Origin: a virus
Taxonomy: Duplodnaviria > Caudoviricetes
Length of the DNA: 64,000 nucleotides
Virus record (IMG/VR): IMGVR_UViG_2775507207_000001
Location: 1-64,000 of that record
Strand: one strand, 5' to 3'
Under the pieces are notes generated by a model. The model was given only the letters and a program-made list of their open reading frames with translations, ran no database searches and was not told the DNA's origin. A program made the position numbers and the translations under genes. Shown piece after piece: positions 19,000 to 28,861 of the stretch (position 1 is the first letter of the stretch; each line of letters opens with the position of its first letter).

Positions 19000-19995
19000 A
19001 TGGCCGATATCGCCATTTTTGAAGACGATGCGTTCAGCGTTTCCTCGTTGACTGCCGCAATCAATGAACAGGAATACCTGCCGGGCCGTATCAGCAGCCT
19101 CGGCCTTTTCCGCGAAGAGGGCATCAGCACGCTGACCGTGCAGATCGAGAAAGACGGCGACACTCTGGCCCTGGTGCCATCTGGTGAACGTGGTACTTCT
19201 GGCCTGGTGGTCGGTGCGAATAAGCGTCAGTTGATCCCGTTCAACACCGTGCACCTGCCGGAGCGCTTCACCATCAAGGCCGATAAGATCCAAGGCATTC
19301 GCGCCTTTGGTACCCGCAGCGAACTGCAGGCCGTGCAGGATGTAGTTAACAAGCGCCTGGCAAAGGCCCGCCGACAGCTGGATGCCACCCACGAATTCCA
19401 GCGTATGGGTGCGTTGAACGGGCAGGTGCTGGACGCCGATGGCAAGACAGTCCTGTTGGATATTTATAAATCCTTCGGCGTGAATCGCCAGAAACTGCCG
19501 ATGGGCTTGAACAGCCCAGATACCGAGCTGCGCGTCAAATGCGGCGAAGCGCTGGATATGCAAGAGGAAGCCCTCGGCAGCGTCACCAGCAGCGGCTCCC
19601 GCGCGTTGTGCGGCAAGAACTTCTGGAACAAGCTGATCGTGCACAAGTCGGTCAAAGAGACCTATCTCAACACCATGCAGGCCGCGTCACTGCGTGGTGA
19701 TGCACGTGAAGCTTTCGAGTTCGGCGGGATCGTCTGGGAGCGGTATCGCGGCAAGGTTGCTGGCGTTGCGTTCGTCCATGACGACAAGGCACTGCTGGTC
19801 CCCGAGGGCGTCCCTGACCTGTACATCTCGTCCTTCGCACCGGCCGACTACATGGAAACGGTCAACACCCAGGGCATCCCGTACTACAGCAAGATCGAGC
19901 CGCTGCCTTTCAACAAGGGTGTCGCCGGGGAAGCCCAGTCCAACCCGCTGCACCTTTGCACGCGGCCTCGCGCGCAGATCCTGCTGGAGATGTGA
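19000..19995 (+). CDS. Major capsid protein (lambda E family)
   Basis: SLTAAIN, THEFQRMGALNG, EAQSNPL. Confidence 0.92.
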   Translation: MADIAIFEDDAFSVSSLTAAINEQEYLPGRISSLGLFREEGISTLTVQIEKDGDTLALVPSGERGTSGLVVGANKRQLIPFNTVHLPERFTIKADKIQGIRAFGTRSELQAVQDVVNKRLAKARRQLDATHEFQRMGALNGQVLDADGKTVLLDIYKSFGVNRQKLPMGLNSPDTELRVKCGEALDMQEEALGSVTSSGSRALCGKNFWNKLIVHKSVKETYLNTMQAASLRGDAREAFEFGGIVWERYRGKVAGVAFVHDDKALLVPEGVPDLYISSFAPADYMETVNTQGIPYYSKIEPLPFNKGVAGEAQSNPLHLCTRPRAQILLEM

Positions 19996-19997
19996 TC

Positions 19998-20318
19998 GTG
20001 GCCTTCCGCGATCTGATCGAAGACATCGACGAAGTGGTCTTCGAAACACTGGGCGATAGCGCACGGATTGAGGGCCGCGAAGAGCCGGTGCTTGGTATGT
20101 TTGCGGCGCCCTGGTTGCAGCCGAAGCTCGGCAAGCTCAATACCGGCTTGCGTGAGCCTCGGTTTGAGATCCGCGTCAGTGATTCGGAAGGCTTGAAACG
20201 CGGGCTTTTGGTCAGCATCGACTTGCCCGCCCTGGACGGCGGCGGCGATTACGACTTGCTGCAGCTGGAGCCGAGCGGCGACGGTCTGGTCGCCTTGATC
20301 CTGAGGCTGCGCCCATGA
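19998..20318 (+). CDS. Head-tail joining protein
   Basis: Size and position after the capsid gene. Confidence 0.65.
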   Translation: MAFRDLIEDIDEVVFETLGDSARIEGREEPVLGMFAAPWLQPKLGKLNTGLREPRFEIRVSDSEGLKRGLLVSIDLPALDGGGDYDLLQLEPSGDGLVALILRLRP

Positions 20319-20974
20319 GCATCGGTAGCTACGTCAAACCCTCGGCCGGCGGCGGGATGATCTCGATCCAGTCGTCAGCTGCAGATCTCCAGGCGTTTCA
20401 GGACTTCGCCAAGTTGGTGCCCAAGGCAGCTGCTGCGGCCCACCGACGCGCGATCAACAAGACGTTGGGCTGGTTGCGCACGCACATTGCCCGTGCAGTC
20501 AGCAGGCAGGAGCGCATTGCTGTCGCGGCAGTGCGTCAACGGTTACGCAGCTACCCAGTGTCCGGCGGGGCATCGAGCGGCAAGTTGTGGTTCGGCTTGA
20601 ATGCCATCGAGTCCAGCCGGATTGGCCGGGCGCGGCAAACCGGTAGCGGAGTGTCGGTGGCGGGGCGGCGTTATCAAGGCGCGTTTCTCAAGAAGGTCTA
20701 CGGCAACAAGCCAGACATTTGGATTCGCACTGCTAGCAAGCACTTCAATGCTGATGATTACCCAGACAGCACGGTATCCGCTGGTCGCGGTGCAAGTTCT
20801 GGATGGGTCGCAGAAAATGGAAATCGTTTTCCATTAGCGAAAGCCAAGGTGTCTCTGGAACAAGCCCGTCCGCACTTTGAAAGCTGGGTACAAAAGGCGG
20901 ACGAGCGTCTGTTGGAGATCCTGCAGCAGGAGCTCAACTTCGAACTACAGAAATACTTGAAGAGGATCGGTTAA
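20315..20974 (+). CDS. Minor tail/neck protein (gpZ-like)
   Basis: Basic protein with RAINKT motif; neck-module position. Confidence 0.7.
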   Translation: MSIGSYVKPSAGGGMISIQSSAADLQAFQDFAKLVPKAAAAAHRRAINKTLGWLRTHIARAVSRQERIAVAAVRQRLRSYPVSGGASSGKLWFGLNAIESSRIGRARQTGSGVSVAGRRYQGAFLKKVYGNKPDIWIRTASKHFNADDYPDSTVSAGRGASSGWVAENGNRFPLAKAKVSLEQARPHFESWVQKADERLLEILQQELNFELQKYLKRIG

Positions 20975-21489
20975 TGGCTGACCAACCTTTTAGCCTGGAC
21001 CAGCTTTACCGGGCGGTCGAGCAACACCTGGTGGGCCATCTGCCAGGGGTTCAGACGGTAAGTGCCTGGCCGGACATTCAGGATCGCATCGCTTTACCGG
21101 CGGTCTTTCTGGAGCTGGCTGAGATCGAGCCCGGTACCGATATCGGCACGGGTGAAACCACATTGGTGTGTAAGTTCGAGGCACGTATCGTCGTCGACCC
21201 GATCTATCCTCTGCATCAGCAACAGGCGGTGCAGCTGGCTACCCAACTTGCGGTCCTACTCCGAGCTCAGACCTGGGGGCTGGAAGTCGAGCCGGCAGAG
21301 TTCGTTCAGGCACTACAGGACTGGACCCAGCCAGTGTTGGATGGTTACACCGTTTGGCTGGTGGAATGGACGCAGCAGGTTTACCTCGGTCCTGAAGAGT
21401 GGCCTTGGCCCGATCAGCCGCCCGGCATGCTGTTGTTTGGCTTTAACAACGACGTCAAAGAGGACTTTGTTCCAGCGGAGGACTTGTGA
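20974..21489 (+). CDS. Putative tail terminator/completion protein
   Basis: Acidic 171-aa ORF before gpV; WLVEWTQQVYLG resembles the tailocin gene at 45862. Confidence 0.6.
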   Translation: MADQPFSLDQLYRAVEQHLVGHLPGVQTVSAWPDIQDRIALPAVFLELAEIEPGTDIGTGETTLVCKFEARIVVDPIYPLHQQQAVQLATQLAVLLRAQTWGLEVEPAEFVQALQDWTQPVLDGYTVWLVEWTQQVYLGPEEWPWPDQPPGMLLFGFNNDVKEDFVPAEDL

Positions 21490-22052
21490 GCGGCTATGCC
21501 ACTGCCCAGCATGACCGCATGCTTGCGGGGGTGGTCAAGGATTGCTTTGTGGTGGCGGTCGATCTGGCTGCCTCCCCTCCGATGTGTCGGGTTTCGGACG
21601 GCGAATGGACTAGCGCCTGGGTGCGCTGGCACAGCATCGCCGCCGGCAAAGCCAGGCATTGGAGGGCTCCGTCTCTGGGTGAGCAGGGGACATTGGTCAG
21701 TGCCAGCGGTGACGTGTCACAGGGCACGTTCATTCCGGGATTGTATGGCAACGCGGGTCCGCCACCGGATAACCGGGATCATGTGGAAGTCTGGCGGTTT
21801 GATGATGGCGGCTCGCTGATTTACGACTGGCAGGCAAAGAGCTACAGCATCACCCTGCCGAGCGGTACGGTGACCATCAAAGTCGCCAGTACAGAGGTGG
21901 TCGTGACGGACAGCGCCGTGAACGTGACCACCGGCAACATCAATCTGAAAGCAGCGGTGATGATCGATGGCGCGTTACACGTCACGAAAGGCATCACCAG
22001 TGCCGGTGCGATCATCGACGCCGGTGGCAACAGCAATCACCACACGCATTAA
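21486..22052 (+). CDS. Baseplate assembly protein V (spike)
   Basis: APSLGEQG motif; C-terminal HHTH. Confidence 0.9.
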   Translation: MSGYATAQHDRMLAGVVKDCFVVAVDLAASPPMCRVSDGEWTSAWVRWHSIAAGKARHWRAPSLGEQGTLVSASGDVSQGTFIPGLYGNAGPPPDNRDHVEVWRFDDGGSLIYDWQAKSYSITLPSGTVTIKVASTEVVVTDSAVNVTTGNINLKAAVMIDGALHVTKGITSAGAIIDAGGNSNHHTH

Positions 22053-22109
22053 TTTCAACCCACAAACAGCCCGCCCAGTGCGGGCTTTTTCATATCTGGA
22101 GTCTGCTTT

Positions 22110-22379
22110 ATGAGTAAGTCTAGAACTGATGGCGATTCTGCCGAGGCCACTGTGGTTCCGGGGTTGAAGCCGGCGCCGCTGGGTTTTCCCGTGACTGCTG
22201 ACGCGGTTGAGCCCATCGGACCAGGGCGTGTTTTTCGCGACAAGGTTTTCACCTCGCGGACATTGATCCTACCCGGCGGCGGGACGCTTCCTGTTGTTGC
22301 TGGTCGAGTTACCGCATGTGGTGATGATCAATTTGCGTTCTTGAAAGCGCATCCAGATCTGGAGCAATTGAAGGAGTAA
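22110..22379 (+). CDS. Hypothetical tail-module protein
   Basis: GGAG RBS; 89 aa. Confidence 0.6.
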   Translation: MSKSRTDGDSAEATVVPGLKPAPLGFPVTADAVEPIGPGRVFRDKVFTSRTLILPGGGTLPVVAGRVTACGDDQFAFLKAHPDLEQLKE

Positions 22380-22384
22380 TCACA

Positions 22385-22711
22385 ATGATCGGAATGGATC
22401 GCCACACCGGCCAACCCATTTCCGGCATCGCACACTTGCGGCAATCGGTTCCAGACATATTGGGCACGCCGTTGGGCAGCCGGCGGCATCGGATGGCTTA
22501 CGGCAGCAAGCTCCGGCGATTTGTGGATTTGCCCGTCACCGATGGCTGGAAAAGCGCCGTGCAGGCGGAGGTCGCCCGCGCACTGGGCCGCTGGGAGCCG
22601 CGTTTGAAGCTGGATCAAGTGCGCGTCATTTCCGTTATCGGCGGGCAAATTAACCTGAAGATCGTCGGGCAGTACCTAGGCGACAGCGTCACGCTGGAGG
22701 TGGCCGTATGA
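22385..22711 (+). CDS. Baseplate wedge protein (GPW/gp25)
   Basis: ILGTPLGSR...YGS...RWEPR. Confidence 0.9.
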   Translation: MIGMDRHTGQPISGIAHLRQSVPDILGTPLGSRRHRMAYGSKLRRFVDLPVTDGWKSAVQAEVARALGRWEPRLKLDQVRVISVIGGQINLKIVGQYLGDSVTLEVAV

Positions 22712-23589
22712 GTATCGTGGATCTGTCGTCGTTACCGGCGCCGACCGTGTTAGAGCCGCTGGACTTCGAAGAGGTTTTTCAGGAGGGGCTGGGCGTCTTT
22801 CGCGGATACATGGGCGGCAACTGGACTGCAGCGCTGGAGAGCGATCCGGTGCTTAAGGTGCTGGAGGTTGGCGCTTACATCAAGGTCGGCAATCGCGCCC
22901 GAGTGAATGACGCCGGCAAAGCGGTATTGCTGGCGCACGCCATACGCGGTGACCTCGATCACCTGGGGGCCAACGTCAACCTCAAACGCCTGGTCATTCA
23001 AGCAGAGGATCTACTGGCCTTTCCGCCAGTTCCTGAAGTCAAAGAAGACGACGATGCGTTCCGAGAGCGCATCCAGTTGGCCTATGAGGGACTGACCACG
23101 GCCGGCCCGCGTAACAGCTACATCCTGCATGCGCGTAACGCCTCGGGGCTGGTGGCGGATGCCACGGCCGAAAGCCCGGCGCCTTGTTACGTGACGGTAA
23201 CGGTGCTGGGATTGGACGGGGAGGGTGAGGCTTCCCCGGAGCTGCTCGCCACGGTGGCAACTGCGCTGAATGACGACGATGTCCGGCCGGTGGGGGATAG
23301 GGTGACGGTTCAGAGCGCCCAGGTGATCCGCTACCAAGTCAAGGCGATCCTGCACATGACCAGCGCGGGCCCAGAAGCTGATGCCAGTTTAGCCGAGGCG
23401 AAAAGTCGACTGGCTGCATGGATCAATCCGCGCAAACGGCTCGGCGTTGAAGTTGCACGTTCCGGCGTAGACGCTCAGTTACACGTTGCCGGCGTTTCTC
23501 GGGTTGAGCTGGTCGGCTGGCAGGACTTGGCCCCGACCAAAGCTCAGGCGGCGTACTGTACGGGCTACACCGTGACGCTGGCGGCTTGA
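22708..23589 (+). CDS. Baseplate J protein
   Basis: LESDP, DLDHLGA, TAGPRNSY, VRPVGDRV. Confidence 0.92.
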   Translation: MSIVDLSSLPAPTVLEPLDFEEVFQEGLGVFRGYMGGNWTAALESDPVLKVLEVGAYIKVGNRARVNDAGKAVLLAHAIRGDLDHLGANVNLKRLVIQAEDLLAFPPVPEVKEDDDAFRERIQLAYEGLTTAGPRNSYILHARNASGLVADATAESPAPCYVTVTVLGLDGEGEASPELLATVATALNDDDVRPVGDRVTVQSAQVIRYQVKAILHMTSAGPEADASLAEAKSRLAAWINPRKRLGVEVARSGVDAQLHVAGVSRVELVGWQDLAPTKAQAAYCTGYTVTLAA

Positions 23590-23590
23590 A

Positions 23591-24280
23591 ATGAAAAGCC
23601 TTTTGCCGATCAACAGCACGCAACTTGAACGGGCCATGGAGGCTACGTTTTTCGAGAAAACGATTGTCCCGCTTCGCGACCTCTACAACGCTGATACCTG
23701 CCCGGTGCATTTGCTGCCGCATCTGGCATGGGCATGGTCGGTGGATCGCTGGGATTACCGATGGACCGAGGCGACCAAACGCGCCGCCATCAAGGCCTCT
23801 TATTACATACATGCCCACAAGGGCACCATCGGCGCGTTACGCCGTGTGGTAGAGCCTCTGGGCTACCTGATCGAGATTATCGAGTGGTTCAACATGAGGC
23901 CCGAAGGGACCCCAGGCACCTTTGCGTTAAAGGTCGGAGTGTTGGACACCGGTATCACTGAGGAAATGTATCAGGAGCTGGAGCGGCTGATTGATGACGC
24001 CAAGCCCGTCAGCCGTCACCTGACAGGGCTGGCGATTAGCCTGGAATCCACCGGGGCTATAAACATTTTTGCAAGCATATCTGACGGAGAAGTTATTGAT
24101 GTTTATCCGCCGGTACTTAGTGACATCGAGGTGACAGGTTTTATCGGAAGCGGGATTCGAGAGTGTTCCATAGATGAAATAGAAGTTTATCCTCCTGCGC
24201 CTGAACCTATCTTGGTTGACTGCTATGTCGGGGTGCCTGGTCGCGAACATTCCATAGACCATTTGGACGTATACACATGA
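23591..24280 (+). CDS. Tail protein I (P2 gpI-like)
   Basis: LLPHLAWAWSVD, HKGTIGA, AKPVSRHL. Confidence 0.92.
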   Translation: MKSLLPINSTQLERAMEATFFEKTIVPLRDLYNADTCPVHLLPHLAWAWSVDRWDYRWTEATKRAAIKASYYIHAHKGTIGALRRVVEPLGYLIEIIEWFNMRPEGTPGTFALKVGVLDTGITEEMYQELERLIDDAKPVSRHLTGLAISLESTGAINIFASISDGEVIDVYPPVLSDIEVTGFIGSGIRECSIDEIEVYPPAPEPILVDCYVGVPGREHSIDHLDVYT

Positions 24281-25866
24281 TTGATGCTAATTCGAAGTTT
24301 TTCGCGTTACTGACGGCGGTTGGCGAGGCAAAGCAAGTTAAGTCAGATGCAGGGCTGCTAACTTGGAAGCTGACCCATATGGCTGTAGGGGACGCAAACG
24401 GTACTGACCCTATCCCTGATCGCTCACAGAAAACACTGATTAATGAGCGCCGCCGGGCTCCATTGAATAGCCTGGAGCCTCATCCGACTAACCCTGGGAT
24501 CCTAGTAGCCGAGCAGATTATTCCAGCGGATGAAGGTGGGTTCTGGATTCGCGAATTGGGGCTTTTCGATTCTGACGGAGATTTGGTTGCCGTAGCTAAT
24601 TGCGCGCCAAGTTACAAGTCGCTGCTTGCCCAAGGGTCTGGTAAAACACAAGTTATACGGATGAATTTTGTTGTTTCAAGTTCTACTAACGTTGTGTTGT
24701 TGATAGACCCGGCTGTTGTAAACGCTACTCGAAAGTATGTTGACGACTCGGTAGCGAATGCCGTCAACCGGCTTGATTTTAAACATTCGGCATTAGTCGC
24801 AACCACGGGCCCTGTGGTCCTGGCGGGCGTTCAAGCTATCGACGGTTTCGCGGTGCCAGCAGGTTCGCGGGTGCTGGTAAAAAATCAAGCGCAGGCGAAA
24901 GACAACGGCTTGTACGTCGTTGGGCCTGATAGCTGGGTGCGTTCGGTAGATGCGGACGCATCTGAGAAGGTGACGCCAGGTATGCAAGTGACCGTAGAGC
25001 GTGGAGCAGTGAATGCTGACACGTTGTGGTTTCTAACGACCGATGGAACAATCGATCTTGGTACCACTGCCCTAAGCTTTCGGAAGTTTACGGAGGGGCT
25101 GGCAGCGCTGGATTCACCAGTTTTTACTGGTGACCCGAAGGCACCTACGCCACCCCAGTTCGATAGGGATAAATCCGTTGCAACCACGGAATTTGTAGGA
25201 AATTCGCAAGGCTCCTATCGGGGGTTAGAGGTTGTTACCACGGCAACGAAAACACTGACCAATGCACATATTGGCTTCATGATGGCGTTATCGGGTAGCG
25301 GGTCAGTTTCTGTGACATTGCCACCCGCTAGCTCAGTGCCTGCCGGTGCGAGTATTAGTTTTTTTGCTGACCATGTTTACACGGCGCCCGACACTGTGCG
25401 AGCGGACGGAACTGATATTATCAACTTTGGGCTTGGTGCGTTTCTGCCCTCGATTAAAATCAATAATGGCGACTTTATAACACTTGTCAGTAATGGCGTG
25501 GGCGGTTGGTGCGCTACGAGTAGGAGTGTGAGACTCGAACAGTCTTCAGAGTTTAGGCAGTCAAAAGGTGTGAACGGTTATCGGTACTTGCCGGGCGGGA
25601 TGCTTGAGTGTTGGGGGCTGTCCGCAGCAACTACTGACAAAGTAAATATAACGTTTCCTGAGCAGTTTTCTGCTGCACCTTTCATTGTTCCCTATGACAG
25701 CTCAATGGAGGGCGCGGCCGTAATGACCTTGTGGCAAAACACAGCCATAACAACGACCGGTTTTATCGCTCAGAACATGTGCTCTTTAGTGCGTGGAAGT
25801 TCGGTTGTTAATGGTGTGACAAATTCGCAATGTAACTGGCGCGCCTTTGGTTGGGTGAACAAATGA
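24277..25866 (+). CDS. Tail fibre protein
   Basis: P2 gpH-like N-terminus (MAVGDANG, GGFWIRELGLFD); C-terminal NGYRYLPGGMLECWG; lower GC. Confidence 0.9.
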   Translation: MIDANSKFFALLTAVGEAKQVKSDAGLLTWKLTHMAVGDANGTDPIPDRSQKTLINERRRAPLNSLEPHPTNPGILVAEQIIPADEGGFWIRELGLFDSDGDLVAVANCAPSYKSLLAQGSGKTQVIRMNFVVSSSTNVVLLIDPAVVNATRKYVDDSVANAVNRLDFKHSALVATTGPVVLAGVQAIDGFAVPAGSRVLVKNQAQAKDNGLYVVGPDSWVRSVDADASEKVTPGMQVTVERGAVNADTLWFLTTDGTIDLGTTALSFRKFTEGLAALDSPVFTGDPKAPTPPQFDRDKSVATTEFVGNSQGSYRGLEVVTTATKTLTNAHIGFMMALSGSGSVSVTLPPASSVPAGASISFFADHVYTAPDTVRADGTDIINFGLGAFLPSIKINNGDFITLVSNGVGGWCATSRSVRLEQSSEFRQSKGVNGYRYLPGGMLECWGLSAATTDKVNITFPEQFSAAPFIVPYDSSMEGAAVMTLWQNTAITTTGFIAQNMCSLVRGSSVVNGVTNSQCNWRAFGWVNK

Positions 25867-26312
25867 ACAGCGAAAAAGAACTGGTAAGCACGGTTTATGC
25901 AAAGTGGGTTGATGAAGACGGGCGATATGCCTTTTCATCTACTGATAACGGGGGAATGGTAATTACTGGCGAGTACCGTCAAGAGCTTCTTGCCGGTGAA
26001 ACGGATGGGCGTCAAATTGCGCCAGATAGAACGGGGAGGCCAGTATTGGTAGACCCGCCGCCGCCATCGCCGGAAGTTCTGGCCGAACAAGCCAGGCAAT
26101 GGCGAGACGCTGAAATTGAAAGTGTTAAGTGGTTGCGCGAGCGGCACCGTGACGAAACTGATGCGCAGCGACCCACTACCTTAACGGCGAGCCAATCAGG
26201 AGAGCTGATCGACTATGTGCAGGCGCTACGTGATTGGCCTGCCAGTCGTGATTTTCCTTTGTTGGAATCTCGGCCTTCTAAGCCTGATTGGATCCGCCAG
26301 CAAACCTCATAA
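25863..26312 (+). CDS. Tail fibre assembly chaperone
   Basis: ARQWRD...YVQALRDWP...FP...RP..P.W. Confidence 0.85.
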   Translation: MNSEKELVSTVYAKWVDEDGRYAFSSTDNGGMVITGEYRQELLAGETDGRQIAPDRTGRPVLVDPPPPSPEVLAEQARQWRDAEIESVKWLRERHRDETDAQRPTTLTASQSGELIDYVQALRDWPASRDFPLLESRPSKPDWIRQQTS

Positions 26313-26414
26313 CGCCCCGCGCTGTCGGGGCGTTTTGCATTCCGACACACGTAACACAAACACCCTCCCGGCCTCGCTTATGCGGGGCTTTTTCGTTTCT
26401 GGAGCATTAGCTTT

Positions 26415-27581
26415 ATGAGTTTCTTTCACGGCGTTACTACGACTGATATCAAGACAGGCGCGCGCACTATTTCCTTGCCGTCGTCTTCCATCATCGGACT
26501 TTGCGACACCTTCACCCCGGGCGTCCTCGGCGGCGGTACCGCCAAGGCCGGCGAGCTCAAGTTGATCACCACCGAGCGCGAAGCTATTGCTGCCTTCGGC
26601 GCCAACTCGGCGATCACCAAGGCTTGTAAAGCGATCTACACGAAGGCCAAGGCGGTGATCGTTGCCATCGGCGTGCCGAAGCTGGAAGACGCGGCGCTGC
26701 AAACCTCGGCGATCATTGGCGGCGTTCTGGCCTCGGGTCAGCGTACCGGGCTACAAGCCTTGCTCGATGGCAAAAGCCTGTACAACGCGCAGCCTCGGCT
26801 GTTGATTGCGCCAGGTCACACTGCCACTCAGGCGGTCGCTACCGCGCTTGATAGCCTGGCGCAGAAGCTGCGGGCAATCGGCATTCTTGATGGCCCTGGC
26901 ACCACGGATGAGGCGGCGATGCTTTATGCCGATAACTTTGGCAGTCGCAACCTGTTCATGGTCGATCCGGGCGTTCAGTACTGGGACACCGAGTCCAGCA
27001 AGACAGTTGATGCGCCGGCCTCGGCCTGGGCGGCGGGCTTGTTCGCTTGGACCGATGCTGAATACGGCTTCTGGGCCTCGCCGTCGAACAAGGAGTTCAC
27101 CGGTATCACCGGTACGACCCGAGCTGTCGAGTACTTGGACGGCGACGAGACGTGCCGGGCCAACCTGCTGAACAACGCCAATATCGCGACGATCATTCGC
27201 GACGACGGCTATCGCTTGTGGGGTAACCGCACGCTGTCGAGCGATCCAAAGTGGGCGTTTGTCACGCGTGTTCGCACGCTGTTCATCCTTATGGATGCTG
27301 TTCAGGCCGGCCATAAATGGGCTGTTGACCGCTCGATCACCAAGACCTACGTCAAGGACGTGACGGATGGGCTGGATGCGTTCATGCGCGACCTCAAAGC
27401 CCAGGGCGCGATTATCAATTTTGAGGTGTTCCCGGACACTGAGCTGAACACTGCCAGCCAGATCGCCCAGGGCAAAGTTTATTGGCGCATCCGTTTCACC
27501 GACGTGCCGCCGGCAGAAAACCCGAATTTCCTTTTCGAAGTCACCGATCAGTGGATGACCGAAGTTCTTGAAGCAGCCTAA
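26415..27581 (+). CDS. Tail sheath protein
   Basis: FFHGV, TGLQALL, ASPSNK, LWGNRT. Confidence 0.95.
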   Translation: MSFFHGVTTTDIKTGARTISLPSSSIIGLCDTFTPGVLGGGTAKAGELKLITTEREAIAAFGANSAITKACKAIYTKAKAVIVAIGVPKLEDAALQTSAIIGGVLASGQRTGLQALLDGKSLYNAQPRLLIAPGHTATQAVATALDSLAQKLRAIGILDGPGTTDEAAMLYADNFGSRNLFMVDPGVQYWDTESSKTVDAPASAWAAGLFAWTDAEYGFWASPSNKEFTGITGTTRAVEYLDGDETCRANLLNNANIATIIRDDGYRLWGNRTLSSDPKWAFVTRVRTLFILMDAVQAGHKWAVDRSITKTYVKDVTDGLDAFMRDLKAQGAIINFEVFPDTELNTASQIAQGKVYWRIRFTDVPPAENPNFLFEVTDQWMTEVLEAA

Positions 27582-27593
27582 GGGGCCTAGTCA

Positions 27594-28097
27594 ATGATTC
27601 CTCAAACCTTGTTTAACACGAACATGTTTGTCGACGGTGTTAATTTCGCTGGCGACGTGCCGAGCCTTACGCTGCCCAAGCTGACCACCAAGACTGACGA
27701 GTATCGCGCTGGCGGCATGGCCGGTGCGATTGAGATGGACCAAGGCCTGGAAAAAATGGAGGCGTCCTTTGTTACCAAGGGCGTGCGCCGTGAGTCGTTG
27801 AAGCACTTCGGTCTGGCCGATGGCACCGCTTTCAATGCTACGTTCCGGGGTGCCTTCAAGGGGCAGAAAGGGGCAGTCACGGCTGTGGTTGCCACCCTGC
27901 GCGGTCGCCTCAAAGAGCTCGATCTGGGTGACTGGAAAGCCGGTGACCCTGCCGAGATCAAGCACGCCGTGGCAGTCGCTTATTACAAGCTCGAAATCGA
28001 CGGGCGCCTCATGTACGAAATCGACATGGTCGCCGGTGTTCAGGTGATCGACGGCAAAGACCAACTCCTTGAAGTGCGCACCGCACTCGGCCTCTAA
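27594..28097 (+). CDS. Tail tube protein (P2 FII-like)
   Basis: LPKL...EYRAGGM...YYKLEIDG. Confidence 0.93.
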   Translation: MIPQTLFNTNMFVDGVNFAGDVPSLTLPKLTTKTDEYRAGGMAGAIEMDQGLEKMEASFVTKGVRRESLKHFGLADGTAFNATFRGAFKGQKGAVTAVVATLRGRLKELDLGDWKAGDPAEIKHAVAVAYYKLEIDGRLMYEIDMVAGVQVIDGKDQLLEVRTALGL

Positions 28098-28111
28098 GGG
28101 AATAGATCCAA

Positions 28112-28711
28112 ATGAATAAAGCAACGTCTAAAGCAGTACCGGCTTGGCTATCACTCACTGCGCTTGCAGCCGTCGTAACGCTCACGCGACCTACCAATGC
28201 CAACGGCGTGCTGGTCGAAACATTGACCTTGCGGGCCCCGCTGGTACGGGAAGTGCGGGCAGCCGACCGCGCCTCTAACGGCAACGAAGAACAGCGAGAG
28301 CTGATGTTGTTTGCTGGTCTGGCAGAGGTGGGTGTTAAGGATCTTGAAGGCCTGAAGCTGGCGGATTACCGCCGTGTTCAAGCCGCTTATGCACACTTGG
28401 TGCCGGATACCGACTATTCGGAATCAATGCCGTCGTGGCTGTCGGTCAACACTGATCGCGCCCAGGTCACCCTGACCTGCCCAAGCGAAATCAATGGGGT
28501 ATCGGTTGATACCTTGGCCCTGCGCTCCCCTACAGTGGGCGATGTGCGCGCGGCTAATCGTGACGCGGGCGGGGATGACGAACAGCGGGAATTGATTTTG
28601 TTTGCCGCGCTTGCCGGTGCGCCTGTCACGGACCTGGAGGGCCTGAAGCTGGTGGATTTTAACCGTCTGCAGGCCGGCTATTTTCGTTTGGACCAAGACG
28701 ACGGGGTTTAA
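28112..28711 (+). CDS. Tail assembly chaperone (tandem E-type domains)
   Basis: Internal duplication (TLTLRAP...LFAGLA...DLEGLKL twice); position before tape measure. Confidence 0.85.
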   Translation: MNKATSKAVPAWLSLTALAAVVTLTRPTNANGVLVETLTLRAPLVREVRAADRASNGNEEQRELMLFAGLAEVGVKDLEGLKLADYRRVQAAYAHLVPDTDYSESMPSWLSVNTDRAQVTLTCPSEINGVSVDTLALRSPTVGDVRAANRDAGGDDEQRELILFAALAGAPVTDLEGLKLVDFNRLQAGYFRLDQDDGV

Positions 28712-28823
28712 CCCTCACGTCATAAAGATGGCCGCGAAACGTCTGGCGGCGGAAACAGGATTTTCCGCTGCTGAGATTTTGTCGATGCCCTTTGCAGAAA
28801 TGGTGTGGTGGCTCACGGACTGA
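28707..28823 (+). CDS. GpE'-like chaperone extension in the +1 frame (or separate 31-aa gene from ATG 28728)
   Basis: FNPHVIKMAAKRLAAETGFSAAEILSMPFAEMVWWLTD-stop resembles the P2 E' pattern. Confidence 0.6.
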   Translation, partial: FNPHVIKMAAKRLAAETGFSAAEILSMPFAEMVWWLTD

Positions 28824-28861
28824 GCCGCCTTCGATAAGGCTATCCAAATGAGGGCCGTGAC

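Noticed and set aside
9595-19644. Many long minus-strand ORFs over replication, terminase, portal and capsid genes
   Set aside because: Antisense shadows typical of high-GC codon bias; plus-strand genes carry the recognisable motifs.
24277-26312. Tail-fibre switching by invertase or diversity-generating retroelement
   Set aside because: No invertase, reverse transcriptase, inverted second fibre or template repeat is visible.
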